Assembly (NCBI RefSeq): GCF_000284455.1
Contig: NC_017039.1
Coordinates: 1,140,001 to 1,172,000 of the forward strand
Length of the DNA stretch: 32,000 bases
DNA from: Synechocystis sp. PCC 6803 substr. PCC-P
GTDB taxonomy: Bacteria > Cyanobacteriota > Cyanobacteriia > Cyanobacteriales > Microcystaceae
Direction of reading: 5' to 3'
This document shows, piece by piece, positions 8,581-19,283 of the stretch (positions within the stretch are counted from its first letter, which is position 1; each line of letters opens with the position of its first letter). The notes beneath the pieces were generated by a model that searched no databases, was not told where the DNA came from, and saw nothing but the letters and a program-made list of their open reading frames with translations. The position numbers were made by a program, and so were the translations under genes.

Positions 8581-8976
8581 GGTAAAAATTCCACTAATTC
8601 AAAAAACTCACAATGCCTGGGCCACTAGCCCAAGTGAGGGACAAACCCTATGGGCATGGTAACGGAGATTTTTGATTTTTCACCATTTTCGGGGAAATGG
8701 TTTGCTTGCCATGGGCTAAAGTTTAACTAGGTTATCAGGAAGTTGTTCCTAAACCCTGAAAAAGAGGAAGCTATATTGGATGAAAAAGCACTCCAGTTAG
8801 GAGGTGTTTTAAAAGCCCTTCGGTTCCCAAAGCTGGGAGAAGCCAGAGAAAAAGCCTCCAGCACTGTGGTCCTCGGAGTGGGTCGATGGAGGAAGCAAAC
8901 TAAAACGTTGCAAACATGCTCTTAAAAGGAGGAGCTAGACGGCTCATAATCATCACCTTTGTAACCAGGAGAGAAT

Positions 8977-9552
8977 ATGACAACTACCCTTAAACTACAG
9001 CCGGCGATCGCCATTGATTCAGATAAATTTTTCCAGATCTGTCAACAGAACCCTGAATTAATCATTGAAGAAAATGCCCAAGGAGAATTGCTGATTATGT
9101 CCCCCACGGGTGGCGAAACTGGTCGCAAAAATGCAGAACTAATTGGCGATTTTATTATCTGGAACCGAAAACATAAATTGGGTTTTGTTTTTGATTCCTC
9201 CACTTGTTTTCAGCTCCCCCAAGGGGGACGGCGATCGCCGGATATATCTTGGGTCAAAAAAGAACGTTGGCTGGATTTATCTACAGAAGAAAGAGAAAAA
9301 TTTCCACCCATTTGCCCAGATTTTGTGTTGGAGCTACTTTCTCCCAGCGATACCTTAACTGCAACTCAAGCCAAAATGGAAGAATATTTAGCTTCTGGAT
9401 TATGCCTAGGTTGGTTAATTGACCCCCAAGGTCAACGAGTGGAAGTTTATCGCAGTAATCTGCCCAAAGAAATCTTGGTTAAACCCAATCAATTATTAGG
9501 AGAGAACATTTTACTGAACTTTGTTTTAGAAATTGACTGGTTATGGGAATAA
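8977..9552 (+). CDS. Uma2-family (DUF820) putative PD-(D/E)xK endonuclease.
   Basis: AGGAGA lies upstream of the ATG. Family-typical blocks are present: ...ELLIMSPTGGETG..., ...RRSPDISWV..., ...PDFVLELLSPSD... Confidence 0.85.
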   Translation: MTTTLKLQPAIAIDSDKFFQICQQNPELIIEENAQGELLIMSPTGGETGRKNAELIGDFIIWNRKHKLGFVFDSSTCFQLPQGGRRSPDISWVKKERWLDLSTEEREKFPPICPDFVLELLSPSDTLTATQAKMEEYLASGLCLGWLIDPQGQRVEVYRSNLPKEILVKPNQLLGENILLNFVLEIDWLWE

Positions 9553-9725
9553 TTTTTTCATTACCCAACTCAAAAGATTTTCAGAAAAAAGCTTAAGAAA
9601 ATCGATTTCAACTACATAGACCTATTTTTATTCGTCAGGTTCAGACTAGTATTGAATCAATTATGAGTAGGAGGAAGTATCGTTCCTTTATGAAAGATAA
9701 AATATCAAACAACTAAACTAATAAT

Positions 9726-10322
9726 CTAATCATAAAGATCAGGTTCAGAAGTAAAGTGACAACGATAATTGAGCGCTTTTTCTAATTGCTTTTTATAGGC
9801 CTTTTCTTCCACTTCGTAGGCACCAAACCGTTTTAGATGGGGATTTTGTAGCTGGGCATCAAATAATTGATAGCTCCGTTGTCGTAGATGTTGCACCAGT
9901 TTAACCATGGCAACTTTGGAAGCTTCAGGAATGGTATAAAACATCGATTCTCCAATGAAAGCCCCCCGGATGGCAATGCCTAAAATTCCCCCTGCTAGGC
10001 GATCGCCATGCCAAGTTTCAAAGCTGTGGGCCCAACCAGCCACATGAAAAGTATGGTAAACCTCAATTAATTCTTGAGAAATCCAAGTTTCAGGGCGAGC
10101 GGCACACCCTTCACAAACGGCGGTGAAAGCTTGATTAATTTTGACTTGGAAACGATTTTGATTGAGCACCCGTTGCAAAGATTTGGGATAACGAAATTGA
10201 TCATCCAGGGGAATTAGGGCATGGCGATCGCTGGAATACCAGCCCAATCCATGGCGGTCGTCGGCCATTAAAAATAGACCCTGGGCATATTGAGCAATGG
10301 CATAGTCAACATCAATTTTCAC
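9726..10322 (-). CDS. aat: Leucyl/phenylalanyl-tRNA--protein transferase.
   Basis: Resemblance to Aat along the whole length (AYAQGLFLMADD, WISQELIEVYHTFHVAGWAHSFETW, LAGGILGIAIRGAFIGESMF). The start codon at 10322 is GTG. Confidence 0.9.
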   Translation of the reverse strand: MKIDVDYAIAQYAQGLFLMADDRHGLGWYSSDRHALIPLDDQFRYPKSLQRVLNQNRFQVKINQAFTAVCEGCAARPETWISQELIEVYHTFHVAGWAHSFETWHGDRLAGGILGIAIRGAFIGESMFYTIPEASKVAMVKLVQHLRQRSYQLFDAQLQNPHLKRFGAYEVEEKAYKKQLEKALNYRCHFTSEPDLYD

Positions 10323-10376
10323 CCTTCATTTCCTCGCAATTGCCTGGTAATTCCTGGGAGTCAATCATTATTTTTG

Positions 10377-11288
10377 CTAATCTTCCCCGGCATGGTAGGA
10401 ACTCCGCACCAATGGTCCTGATCGCACATGGCTAAAACCCAAATCCTTGGCAATTTCCCCCAACTGATCAAACTCCTCTGGAGTCCAATATTTTTGCACG
10501 GGCAGATGGTCTAGGGATGGTTGCATATATTGTCCCAACGTCAGGCGATCGCAACCTACAGAGCGCAAATCCTTGAGGGTTTCCACCACTTCATCCACCG
10601 TTTCCCCGTGGCCCAACATCAACCCAGATTTGGTGAAAATGTCGGGATCAAATTCCTTTATCCAGCGCAACACATCTAAGGAGCGTTGATATTTTGCCCC
10701 CCGTCGTACTTTACCCTGTAATCTAGCCACCGTTTCCAAGTTGTGGTTATAGCAAACCGGTTTGGCTTTAGTCACCGTCAGTACTCGCTCTTTTTGGCTT
10801 CTTTCCCTACCCATACCGCCCCAAAAATCCGGTGTTAAAACCTCTATTTGAGTAGCAGGATTATCCTGGCGAATACGCTCCATTACCGCTACAAACCAGC
10901 CTGCACCGCCATCGGTTAAATCATCCCTAGCAACGGAAGTTAATACCACATATTTTAGACCCAACAATTGCACTGCTTCCGCTACTTTTCTCGGCTCATC
11001 CTGATCCAACATCATGGGAGCCTGGCCCTTTTCCACCTGACAAAAACCACATGCCCTAGTACAAATTTGACCCATTAATAAAAAAGTTGCCGTTCGGTTG
11101 GCGTAACATTCCCCCCGATTGGGACAGCGGCCTTCTTCGCAAATGGTATGAATTTGGCGCTGTTTAATAATCTGCTGAACCGTAGATAATTCACTAGCTC
11201 TACCAATGGGCCGTTTCAACCAACTGGGTAAGCGTGGGGGGAACTCACGGGGCAAGGAAGAGCCATTCATAAATGATTGTTGGGGCAC
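10377..11288 (-). CDS. lipA: Lipoyl synthase (radical SAM).
   Basis: The [12 protein letters not shown] and CTRACGFC cluster motifs are diagnostic of LipA. The start is either GTG at 11288 or ATG at 11270. Confidence 0.95.
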
Positions 11289-11393
11289 AGGGCAAAATAG
11301 GTCAATCTTATTAAATCGGACTGGAAGTCATGGCGATCGCCGTGGGTAGTATTGGTCGACACACCAAAACATTAACAATTTTTCCCAGCACCA

Positions 11394-12602
11394 CTAGCTA
11401 GTTTTGGCCACCTCTTGACGGGACAATCTTTGCACCGTTTCTCCTTTAAGCAAACGATCCGTTTCCTGTAAAACTTCCAACACCTTCTGCCGATGGGGAC
11501 TGGGGGCTAAACATTGCCAGAGCTGTTGTCGATCAAAGTTGCTGGCCGGTTGGCCGGGGAACCAATGGCCGCCATTGCCCAACAGGTTGTAGCGCATTTT
11601 GCTGTACTCCACCAGGTCGAAGCTTTGGCAAAGATTATAAAGCCAGAGAATTTTAGGGATATTGATTTCCCCAGGGGTCTGCTCCGGGCTGGGTAAGCCG
11701 ATGCGCCAACTGTTGACCCAATCTTCTCCTAAAGCTTCCACCATGGCCCCATGGAGCTTTGCCAAAATTGGTTGCAGAACTTTTTCGGTCTCCTGGTCTG
11801 ACGCTAGATAAGATAAGGTTTTTAAATGCTCATCAAAGTCCGCCGGCCGCGATGCGCCAATGCTGAGGGTATGTACCTGGGGATGGGATAAACAGAAAAG
11901 ATTATTAAATATGATCGGGCTGAGGGGTTGGCATAAATTCACTAGCTTTTCGGGCGGGTTATAGAGTTGTCCCCCTTTATCGGACGGGCTAATAATAAAG
12001 ACCCCCATATCCTGGGCTGTCGCAGCGGCGATCGCCGGCCAATTATCTTGAAAAATGTAGTACCAGTGGAGGTTGACGTAATCAAATTCCCCGGAATTAA
12101 TGGCTTCGGTAATGATGGCGGTGGGACCATGGGTGGAAAAACCCACGAAACGCACTCGGCCTTCCCTTTGTAACTGCCGACAAACATCCAAACAACCGCC
12201 GGGGCGTAAACTTTGCTCTAGGGTTTCCCGGTTATTAATGCCGTGGATACCCAACAAATCGACATATTCCAGATTTAAATAGCCCAAAGATTTATCAAAC
12301 TCCCGACGAAATTCCTTGGGGTCATCCTTGGGACTAACTTTTGTTTGCACAATCAATGTTTCCCTGGGTAACCGGGGCAAAATTTTTCCCAACTGCATTT
12401 CGGAAGTGCCATAACCCCTAGCTGTTTCAATGTGGTTAATGCCCAACTCCAGGGAACGCTCAATGGTACTTTGCAAATTGTGTTGGTTATCCTTGGGAAC
12501 CTGGGCAAAGGGCGCATCCTGCCATTGGAACTGATAGCGCATGCCCCCACAGGAAAAAACCGGCATGGACAATTCAGTACGGCCAAAACGTCGATAAAGC
12601 AT
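11394..12602 (-). CDS. Aldo/keto reductase-family oxidoreductase with a C-terminal extension of about 90 aa.
   Basis: MLYRRFGRTELSMPVFSCGGMR... plus INHIETARGYGTSE are AKR motifs. Upstream in-frame ATGs at 12644 and 12686 are alternative starts. Confidence 0.8.
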   Translation of the reverse strand: MLYRRFGRTELSMPVFSCGGMRYQFQWQDAPFAQVPKDNQHNLQSTIERSLELGINHIETARGYGTSEMQLGKILPRLPRETLIVQTKVSPKDDPKEFRREFDKSLGYLNLEYVDLLGIHGINNRETLEQSLRPGGCLDVCRQLQREGRVRFVGFSTHGPTAIITEAINSGEFDYVNLHWYYIFQDNWPAIAAATAQDMGVFIISPSDKGGQLYNPPEKLVNLCQPLSPIIFNNLFCLSHPQVHTLSIGASRPADFDEHLKTLSYLASDQETEKVLQPILAKLHGAMVEALGEDWVNSWRIGLPSPEQTPGEINIPKILWLYNLCQSFDLVEYSKMRYNLLGNGGHWFPGQPASNFDRQQLWQCLAPSPHRQKVLEVLQETDRLLKGETVQRLSRQEVAKTS

Positions 12603-12767
12603 AGGGTTGGGGAAATTTGCGGAACTGCGATCGGGAAATGTCATTGCTTGATTATTTTTTAGGGTAACCCAAAGCCCCCTGGGCACCCAGGTAAGTTCCT
12701 CGACGGATACGCAAAGCCCTTAAAATAAAACTCGGTTTGCATTGTGAAATTACGGCGTAATGGCTGA

Positions 12768-13546
<779 letters not shown>

Positions 13547-13547
<1 letters not shown>

Positions 13548-14356
13548 TGTTGTACTGGTGGGATGGACAATGGTTTGAGCAGGAGGTAATCTCTTTACCA
13601 GTTAACGATCCGGGGTTGTTGTATGGGGCGACGGTGTTTACCACCCTGAGGGTTTACCAACAATGGCTCGACCATCCCCTCACTCACTGGGCTGACCATG
13701 GCGATCGCCTACAGCAGAGTTTATTTGCCCTGCAATGGCCTGCACCGGATTGGGAACAGATAGAGCAAGCGGCTCGGCATTTGAGTCAGCATTACCCGAT
13801 CCTGCGTGTAATCTGTTTTCCTTCTGGTCAAGTATTAATTACGGGGCGGGAATTGACTGAGGATTTGCAACAAAGGCAACAATTAGGCATTAAAGCTTGG
13901 TTGATGCCCCCCGGTCGTTACCAACGTTCCCTCGCAGAATTGAAAACGGGCAATTATTTAGCCCCTTGGTTGGCCCAACGTATTGCCCAGGAAAATAATG
14001 CCCAGGAAGCCATTTTGACCGATATTAATGGCCATTGGTTGGAAACCGCGACGGGTAATCTTTGGGGTTGGCGGGACGGTGAATTTTTTACGCCCCTTTT
14101 AACAGGACAACAATTACCAGGCATTACTCTCCACTATTTGCGGACATGGTTGGAGAATCAGGGCGTAACTATCCACGGCGATCGGTGGTCAAAGGATTTG
14201 GTCCGTACCTTTCAGGGGTTGGCCTACTGCAATAGCGGCGTCGAAATTGTCCCCATCAATCAGGTGGGAGAGAAAGGGCAACCATGGTTGAATTTTGCTT
14301 CTGCCCGGAGTAGGGAATATTACCTATTAGCTAGGTATTGGGTAACGAATTGCTGA
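13547..14356 (+). CDS. Class IV aminotransferase-fold protein (aminodeoxychorismate lyase-like).
   Basis: The N-terminus ...NDPGLLYGATVFTTLRVY... and the overall length fit the fold-type IV PLP family. The ATG overlaps the fabG stop (TAATG). Confidence 0.7.
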
Positions 14357-14530
14357 ATTTTTACTCAAGACAACGTAAACAAAAATTACGAAAAGACCTA
14401 ATTTATTCCGATTCTGTAAAGATCCATCTCAATTTTTTCCTCGGAACTAAATCCCCTGCCAATAATGAAGGTATCTGCAATTATTTCTTGGGTAATTTTT
14501 GCCCCATTATTCCAGTTTGATTGAATGTTG

Positions 14531-14559
14531 TTGAATTTTAGTTGAATTTTAAATATAAC
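14531..14559 (+). promoter_or_regulatory. Candidate sigma70-type promoter (TTGAAT-17 nt-TATAAC) within a triple TTGAAT direct repeat.
   Basis: TTGAAT at 14531-14536, a 17-nt spacer, then TATAAC at 14554-14559. This sits 26 nt upstream of the ATG at 14585, with GAGGTG as SD. Further TTGAAT copies are at 14521 and 14542. Confidence 0.4.
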
Positions 14560-14584
14560 TCTGTAAACCAGAGTGAGGTGATCT

Positions 14585-15091
14585 ATGAACCGTACCGCTA
14601 AATTAACCGTTGCCATGGTGGATTGGCCCCTGCTCGTGATGGGCAGTTTGGCCATGTGGCTCACTGGTAGCTTGGTGATGGATTTGCTGGTGGTGCCCAG
14701 TCTGTCCGCCGCCGGGATGATGGCCGAGCCGGGTTTTATCAGTGCTGGCCATTTGCTATTTTCTGTTTTTAATCACTTAGAACTATTATTTGCCGGTTTA
14801 GTGCTGTCTGGTTGCTTTTTGCTCCATCAACAGAGATTTTTCTCGGTCTCAGGGCAACGTTTCAGCCGCATTTTAGCCGTTGTTTTGTTGGCGATCGCCA
14901 TTGTTTATACCTATATTCTGACCCCCGCTATCACTGATTTGGGCTTTGATATGGCCAGCTTTACCAGTACAGGGGAAATGCCGGCGGCCATGATGCCCTT
15001 GCACTGGCTCTATTGGGGACTAGAATTAGTTAAATTGGCGGTGGGACTAACTCTCCTACGCTGGTCTTACAAGGGAGCAGTGCGCCATTGA
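14585..15091 (+). CDS. Hypothetical integral membrane protein (about 4 TM helices).
   Basis: ATG with a GAGGTG SD. There are four long hydrophobic segments. I confidently recognise no domain. Confidence 0.65.
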   Translation: MNRTAKLTVAMVDWPLLVMGSLAMWLTGSLVMDLLVVPSLSAAGMMAEPGFISAGHLLFSVFNHLELLFAGLVLSGCFLLHQQRFFSVSGQRFSRILAVVLLAIAIVYTYILTPAITDLGFDMASFTSTGEMPAAMMPLHWLYWGLELVKLAVGLTLLRWSYKGAVRH

Positions 15092-15111
15092 CCAATTTCT
15101 AGTGAAATTTA

Positions 15112-16338
15112 ATGTTTGCCTTACCTCAAGCCGGCGATCGCCGTGGCGAGATCATTAAAGTATTGCTCAGCAACGGCTGGGACTATATGAACGGCCTCTT
15201 AACCCTGGGGAAAGTGGGGGAACCACAAATTCCGACACCGGAAGTTCTCACCAAAATCCTCGTCGAGTTGGGGCCGTTTTATATCAAGTTGGGGCAACTG
15301 CTCAGCACCAGGCCAGACCTTTTACCCCCCCGTTATATCAACGCCCTCACCGCCCTCCAATCCAATGTGCCTCCCCTGCCCTGGTCGGCGATCGAGGACT
15401 TGTTGCAGAGGGAATTTCCCCAACCCCTGGGGGAAACGTTTCAAGAAATTGAGTCTGAACCCATTGCCGCCGGCTCCATTGGTCAAATCCATCGAGCGGT
15501 TTTGCAAAGCGGAGAAACCGTTGCCATTAAAGTTAAACGGCCCGGCATTGATGTGATTGTGGAACAGGATAGTTTATTGATCAAAGATGTGGCTGAATTA
15601 TTGGCCTTGACGGAATTTGGTCAGAATTACGACATTGTTAAACTCGCCGATGAATTTACCCAAACGGTCAAAGCAGAATTAAATTTTGATACAGAAGCGG
15701 CTTATACCAATAATTTGCGGACTAACCTAGCAAAAACCACCTGGTTTGATCCCAATCAATTAGTAATTCCAAAGGTTTATTGGGAGTTAACAAACCAAAA
15801 ATTCCTGGTGTTGGAATGGCTGGATGGAGTGCCAATCTTAACCGCAGATTTAACCCAACCCCCCAGTGATAAAGACATTGCTGAAAAGAAAAAGGAAATT
15901 ACCACCCTATTATTTCGGGCCTTTTTCCAACAACTTTATGTGGATGGTTTTTTCCATGCGGATCCCCACCCCGGCAACATTTTTTACTTAGCAGATGGTC
16001 GTTTAGCCCTCATTGACTGCGGCATGGTGGGTCGCCTTGATCCCCGCACCCGGCAATTGTTAACGGAAATGCTATTGGCGATCGTTGATTTGGATGCCAA
16101 ACGTTGTGCTCAGTTAACGGTGGAGTTATCAGAATCGGTTGGTCGCGTTAACTTCCAGCGGCTAGAGGTGGATTACGAACGCATGTTGCGGAAATATTAT
16201 GACTTAAGTTTGTCAGAATTTAACTTCAGTGAAGTAGTTTATGAATTTCTCCGCATTGCCAGAGTGAATAAACTCAAAGTTCCCGCCTGTTTAGGATTGT
16301 ATGCTAAATGTTTAGCCAATTTAGAAGGCGCTGGATGA
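15112..16338 (+). CDS. ABC1/UbiB-family atypical kinase, kinase domain; terminated by an in-frame TGA.
   Basis: Family motifs are present: GPFYIKLGQLLSTRPDLLP, AAGSIGQIHRA, VAIKVKRPG, FHADPHPGNIF, IDCGMVG. The ORF stops at ...LANLEGAG-TGA (16336-16338). Confidence 0.9.
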   Translation: MFALPQAGDRRGEIIKVLLSNGWDYMNGLLTLGKVGEPQIPTPEVLTKILVELGPFYIKLGQLLSTRPDLLPPRYINALTALQSNVPPLPWSAIEDLLQREFPQPLGETFQEIESEPIAAGSIGQIHRAVLQSGETVAIKVKRPGIDVIVEQDSLLIKDVAELLALTEFGQNYDIVKLADEFTQTVKAELNFDTEAAYTNNLRTNLAKTTWFDPNQLVIPKVYWELTNQKFLVLEWLDGVPILTADLTQPPSDKDIAEKKKEITTLLFRAFFQQLYVDGFFHADPHPGNIFYLADGRLALIDCGMVGRLDPRTRQLLTEMLLAIVDLDAKRCAQLTVELSESVGRVNFQRLEVDYERMLRKYYDLSLSEFNFSEVVYEFLRIARVNKLKVPACLGLYAKCLANLEGAG

Positions 16339-16758
16339 CAATTTAATCCTGAGTTAAATTTATTCACTGAAATTAATCCCCTCATTACCGATCTTTTCCG
16401 TCGGCAACTGTTTGGCACTAATCCTTTGCAGACAGCATTAAGAACAGTATTAGATCTTAAAGCAGTTTCCCTTAAAACCCCCAGGCAAATGGACGTGTTA
16501 CTCGATCGCCTAACTACGGAAACTTTGCAATGGAATGTGCGGCTAGAGGGGTTGGAGCCAGTGCGTCGCACCATCGATAAGTCCGCTAACCGTTTATCTT
16601 TTAGTATTGTGCTTGGTTCTCTAATTATGGGGGCGGCAATTCTTTCCACTGGCAATGATCAACAGCTAACTTTAATTGCCAATATTTTGTTTGTGGCAGC
16701 TACGGTAATTGGTTTTTGGTTGGTAATTAGCATCCTGCGATCGGGAAGATTAAAATAG
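16339..16758 (+). CDS. Same-frame continuation of the ABC1 kinase (C-terminal region with two TM helices). It may be reached by read-through, by restart at TTG 16426, or be a pseudogene remnant.
   Basis: There is no stop in frame 1 between 16339 and 16758. QFNPELNLFTEINP... continues the family-conserved EG-G-R-Q-L-x-P-x-L-x-L block. The C-terminal hydrophobic helices are typical of UbiB/ABC1 proteins. Confidence 0.5.
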   Translation, partial: QFNPELNLFTEINPLITDLFRRQLFGTNPLQTALRTVLDLKAVSLKTPRQMDVLLDRLTTETLQWNVRLEGLEPVRRTIDKSANRLSFSIVLGSLIMGAAILSTGNDQQLTLIANILFVAATVIGFWLVISILRSGRLK

Positions 16759-16834
16759 TAGTTAGACTATCTGAAAAAAGGTTATGTTTGCCAGATTAGG
16801 GTCAAAATATTACAGTTTACCTTGAGGTTAAAAA

Positions 16835-17230
16835 ATGGGTTTAGTTTATGCCAATATTGAGCTTATCAATCCCAAAGAACAGGCTCTACAACCAATGAAG
16901 GTCAATGCCTTAGTTGATACAGGGGCGATTACACTTTGTATTCCTGAGCATGTTGTGATTCAACTTAAGTTAGAAACGTTGGAACAACGGGAAGTTACTA
17001 CTGCCGACAGCAAAAAAAGACTAGTTGATTATGTGGGACCAGTGCAAGTGAGGTTTGGTAATCGTAATTGTTTTACTGGAGCCCTAGTCTTAGGGGATGC
17101 AGTTTTGCTAGGGGCTGTTCCTTTGGAAGATATGGATTTAGTTATTAGTCCCCGTTCACAAACCATTACCGTCAATCCTGAAAGTCCTAATATTCCTGCG
17201 GCGCTGGTAAAAACTGCACTGGAGATTTAA
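16835..17230 (+). CDS. Retropepsin-like (clan AA) single-domain aspartic protease.
   Basis: The catalytic LVDTGA motif has its D codon at 16916-16918. The size (131 aa) fits, as do the flap-like GxV and C-terminal ...LLGAVPLEDMDLVI... blocks. GAGG lies upstream of the ATG. Confidence 0.75.
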   Translation: MGLVYANIELINPKEQALQPMKVNALVDTGAITLCIPEHVVIQLKLETLEQREVTTADSKKRLVDYVGPVQVRFGNRNCFTGALVLGDAVLLGAVPLEDMDLVISPRSQTITVNPESPNIPAALVKTALEI

Positions 17231-17283
17231 ATTAATCATTAATTAATAGCTAAATTAGTTAAGCAATATGTGACTAACAAAGA

Positions 17284-19164
17284 TTATGAATTAACCGGAT
17301 GAAAGTAATCATAAATTGTCTGGGCTAACTGGGGACCAATACCTGGTACTTCCTGTAATTGTTTGACACTGGCCTCCCGAATATAATCCAAAGAACGGAA
17401 ATGGGCTAACAATTGTTTTTGGCGACTAAAACCTAAACCAGGAATTTCATCCAAGCGCGATCGCCGACTTTTACTAAGCCGTTGTTGACGGTGGAAACTG
17501 ACCGCAAAGCGATGGGCTTCATCCCGCAAACGGCGTAATAATTGCACTCCAGGTTGTTCCGCGTGGGTGGGCAAGGGTTGGGATTCTCCCGGTAGAAAAA
17601 TTTCTTCCCTTTGTTTCGCTAAACTGACCACCGTAAATTTATCCAGCAAATCCATTTTCTTCAGCACCTTAACCACCGCTGATAGTTGACCTTTACCGCC
17701 ATCAATCATAATTAAATCTGGCCAATCCTGTTGATTTTTTTTGCCTTTTACAGAGGATTGAAAACGGCGGATAATAACTTCTGCCAAACTGGCGAAATCG
17801 TCAGAGTGACCGACTTTAATGGACGGGTTTTTAATTTTATAATGGCGATAATACTGTTGGGCTGGCACTCCATCAATAAATACAACTTGGGAAGCTACAG
17901 CATTAGAACCCTGAATGTGGGAAATATCATAACCTTCAATGCGTTTTGGCAAAGTTTCTAAATTTAAAATTTCCGCTAAATCTTCTAGCGCTGTAACGTT
18001 TTTAGCAGTCTGTTTTTGTAACCTCTCTAACTCGTACTGGGCGTTACGTTCCACCATTTCCAATAGCTCAGCTTTGGTTTGTCTTTGGGGGAGGTTAAAA
18101 GTTACTTTTCTTCCCCGTTGGCTAGTTAACCAATCATTGAGCAATTCTCCATCAGGTAAAGCACAGGGCAGAATGACTTCGCTGGGAATTTCCACCGCTT
18201 CGACCTGTTGATAATGCTGTTCCAAAACCCGCTGTAATACTTCCCCTTTTTCCAACTCCGACTCCACTCCATCGGCGAAAAATCCCAGCCTTCCTACCAA
18301 TCTTCCCGCCCTAATTTGGAAAAGTTGAATGGCACTAATTTGTCCATCGCTGGCCACGGCGATCGCATCTCTGGAAATGGTGTCCTGGGGTAAGGAAACT
18401 TTTTGATCAGCGTTGAGTTTACCGAGGGAATTAATTTGGTCCCGAATTAGAGCCGCCTGTTCAAACTTTAAATCTGCCGCCGCCTTTTCCATTTGTTGCG
18501 TTAACAATTGATGTAGTTCCTGGGTACGTCCCTGGAAAACCATAGCGACTTTTTGTAAGGTTTGGCGGTAGTCTTCTGGGGTAATTAATTCTTGGCAAAC
18601 TCCAGGACAACGGCCAATGTCATAATTTAAGCAAGGACGATGTTTGAATAGGGGCTGACGACGTTGCCGCAGAGGAAAAATACGTTGTATTAATCGCAAT
18701 GTTTGCCGTAAACTAAAACTATCCACATAGGGCCCGTAGTAACGATCCTTAGCCTGGTTTAAACGGCGTTTTCTGGTAATAAAAATACGGGGATAGGTTT
18801 CTGACCAGGTGATACACACATAAGGATATTTTTTATCATCTTTAAGCAGAACATTAAAATGGGGTTGGTGTTGTTTGATTAAATTAGCTTCTAAGGCTAA
18901 AGCTTCCGCTTCCGTATCGGTGACAATAAACTCAATTTCCGCTACCTGTTGCACCATCAAAGCAATGCGGGCAGTGTGGGGTTGGGAATCCCGAAAATAG
19001 GATCTAACCCTAGTTCTCAATTTTTTTGCCTTGCCGATGTAGAGAATTTCTCCTTGGCGATCGCCCATGAAGTAAACCCCCGGCTCTTGGGGAATTTCCT
19101 GGAGACGCCGTTCTAATAATTCTGGTTGTTCAAGAAGAGACGTAGAGGAAACAGTAGCAACCAT
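17284..19164 (-). CDS. uvrC: Excinuclease ABC subunit C.
   Basis: The N-terminal GIY-YIG domain (GVYFM...[17 protein letters not shown]), a UVR domain, an endonuclease domain and the C-terminal (HhH)2 ([10 protein letters not shown]) are all present. Confidence 0.95.
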   Translation of the reverse strand: MVATVSSTSLLEQPELLERRLQEIPQEPGVYFMGDRQGEILYIGKAKKLRTRVRSYFRDSQPHTARIALMVQQVAEIEFIVTDTEAEALALEANLIKQHQPHFNVLLKDDKKYPYVCITWSETYPRIFITRKRRLNQAKDRYYGPYVDSFSLRQTLRLIQRIFPLRQRRQPLFKHRPCLNYDIGRCPGVCQELITPEDYRQTLQKVAMVFQGRTQELHQLLTQQMEKAAADLKFEQAALIRDQINSLGKLNADQKVSLPQDTISRDAIAVASDGQISAIQLFQIRAGRLVGRLGFFADGVESELEKGEVLQRVLEQHYQQVEAVEIPSEVILPCALPDGELLNDWLTSQRGRKVTFNLPQRQTKAELLEMVERNAQYELERLQKQTAKNVTALEDLAEILNLETLPKRIEGYDISHIQGSNAVASQVVFIDGVPAQQYYRHYKIKNPSIKVGHSDDFASLAEVIIRRFQSSVKGKKNQQDWPDLIMIDGGKGQLSAVVKVLKKMDLLDKFTVVSLAKQREEIFLPGESQPLPTHAEQPGVQLLRRLRDEAHRFAVSFHRQQRLSKSRRSRLDEIPGLGFSRQKQLLAHFRSLDYIREASVKQLQEVPGIGPQLAQTIYDYFHPVNS

Positions 19165-19283
19165 TGATTAAGCAAAAGAGCGAATGTTTTTCTATGGTAG
19201 AAGGGAAAACTAGGGCTTGGCAATTTGCGTCTGGGCTGGGTTAATTAATACAATTGGCTGATTTAAAACGGGAATTTTTTGCA

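Noticed and set aside
8743-8925. 60-codon plus-strand ORF upstream of the Uma2 gene, considered as a possible antitoxin or partner.
   Set aside because: It starts at TTG with no in-frame ATG, has no SD, and its composition is unremarkable. I recognise no family resemblance.
14338-14664. ORFs 14338..14520(+) and 14398..14664(-) in the AT-rich spacer before the membrane-protein gene.
   Set aside because: They are AT-rich and low-complexity (Ile/Asn/Phe/Lys), they overlap each other and the promoter-like repeats, and the minus-strand ORF overlaps the real gene start.
16336-16338. TGA in the ABC1 kinase as a selenocysteine codon.
   Set aside because: I see no SECIS-like hairpin immediately downstream. 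The aligned residue in the family is Arg rather than Cys. Cyanobacteria of this type are not known to use Sec.
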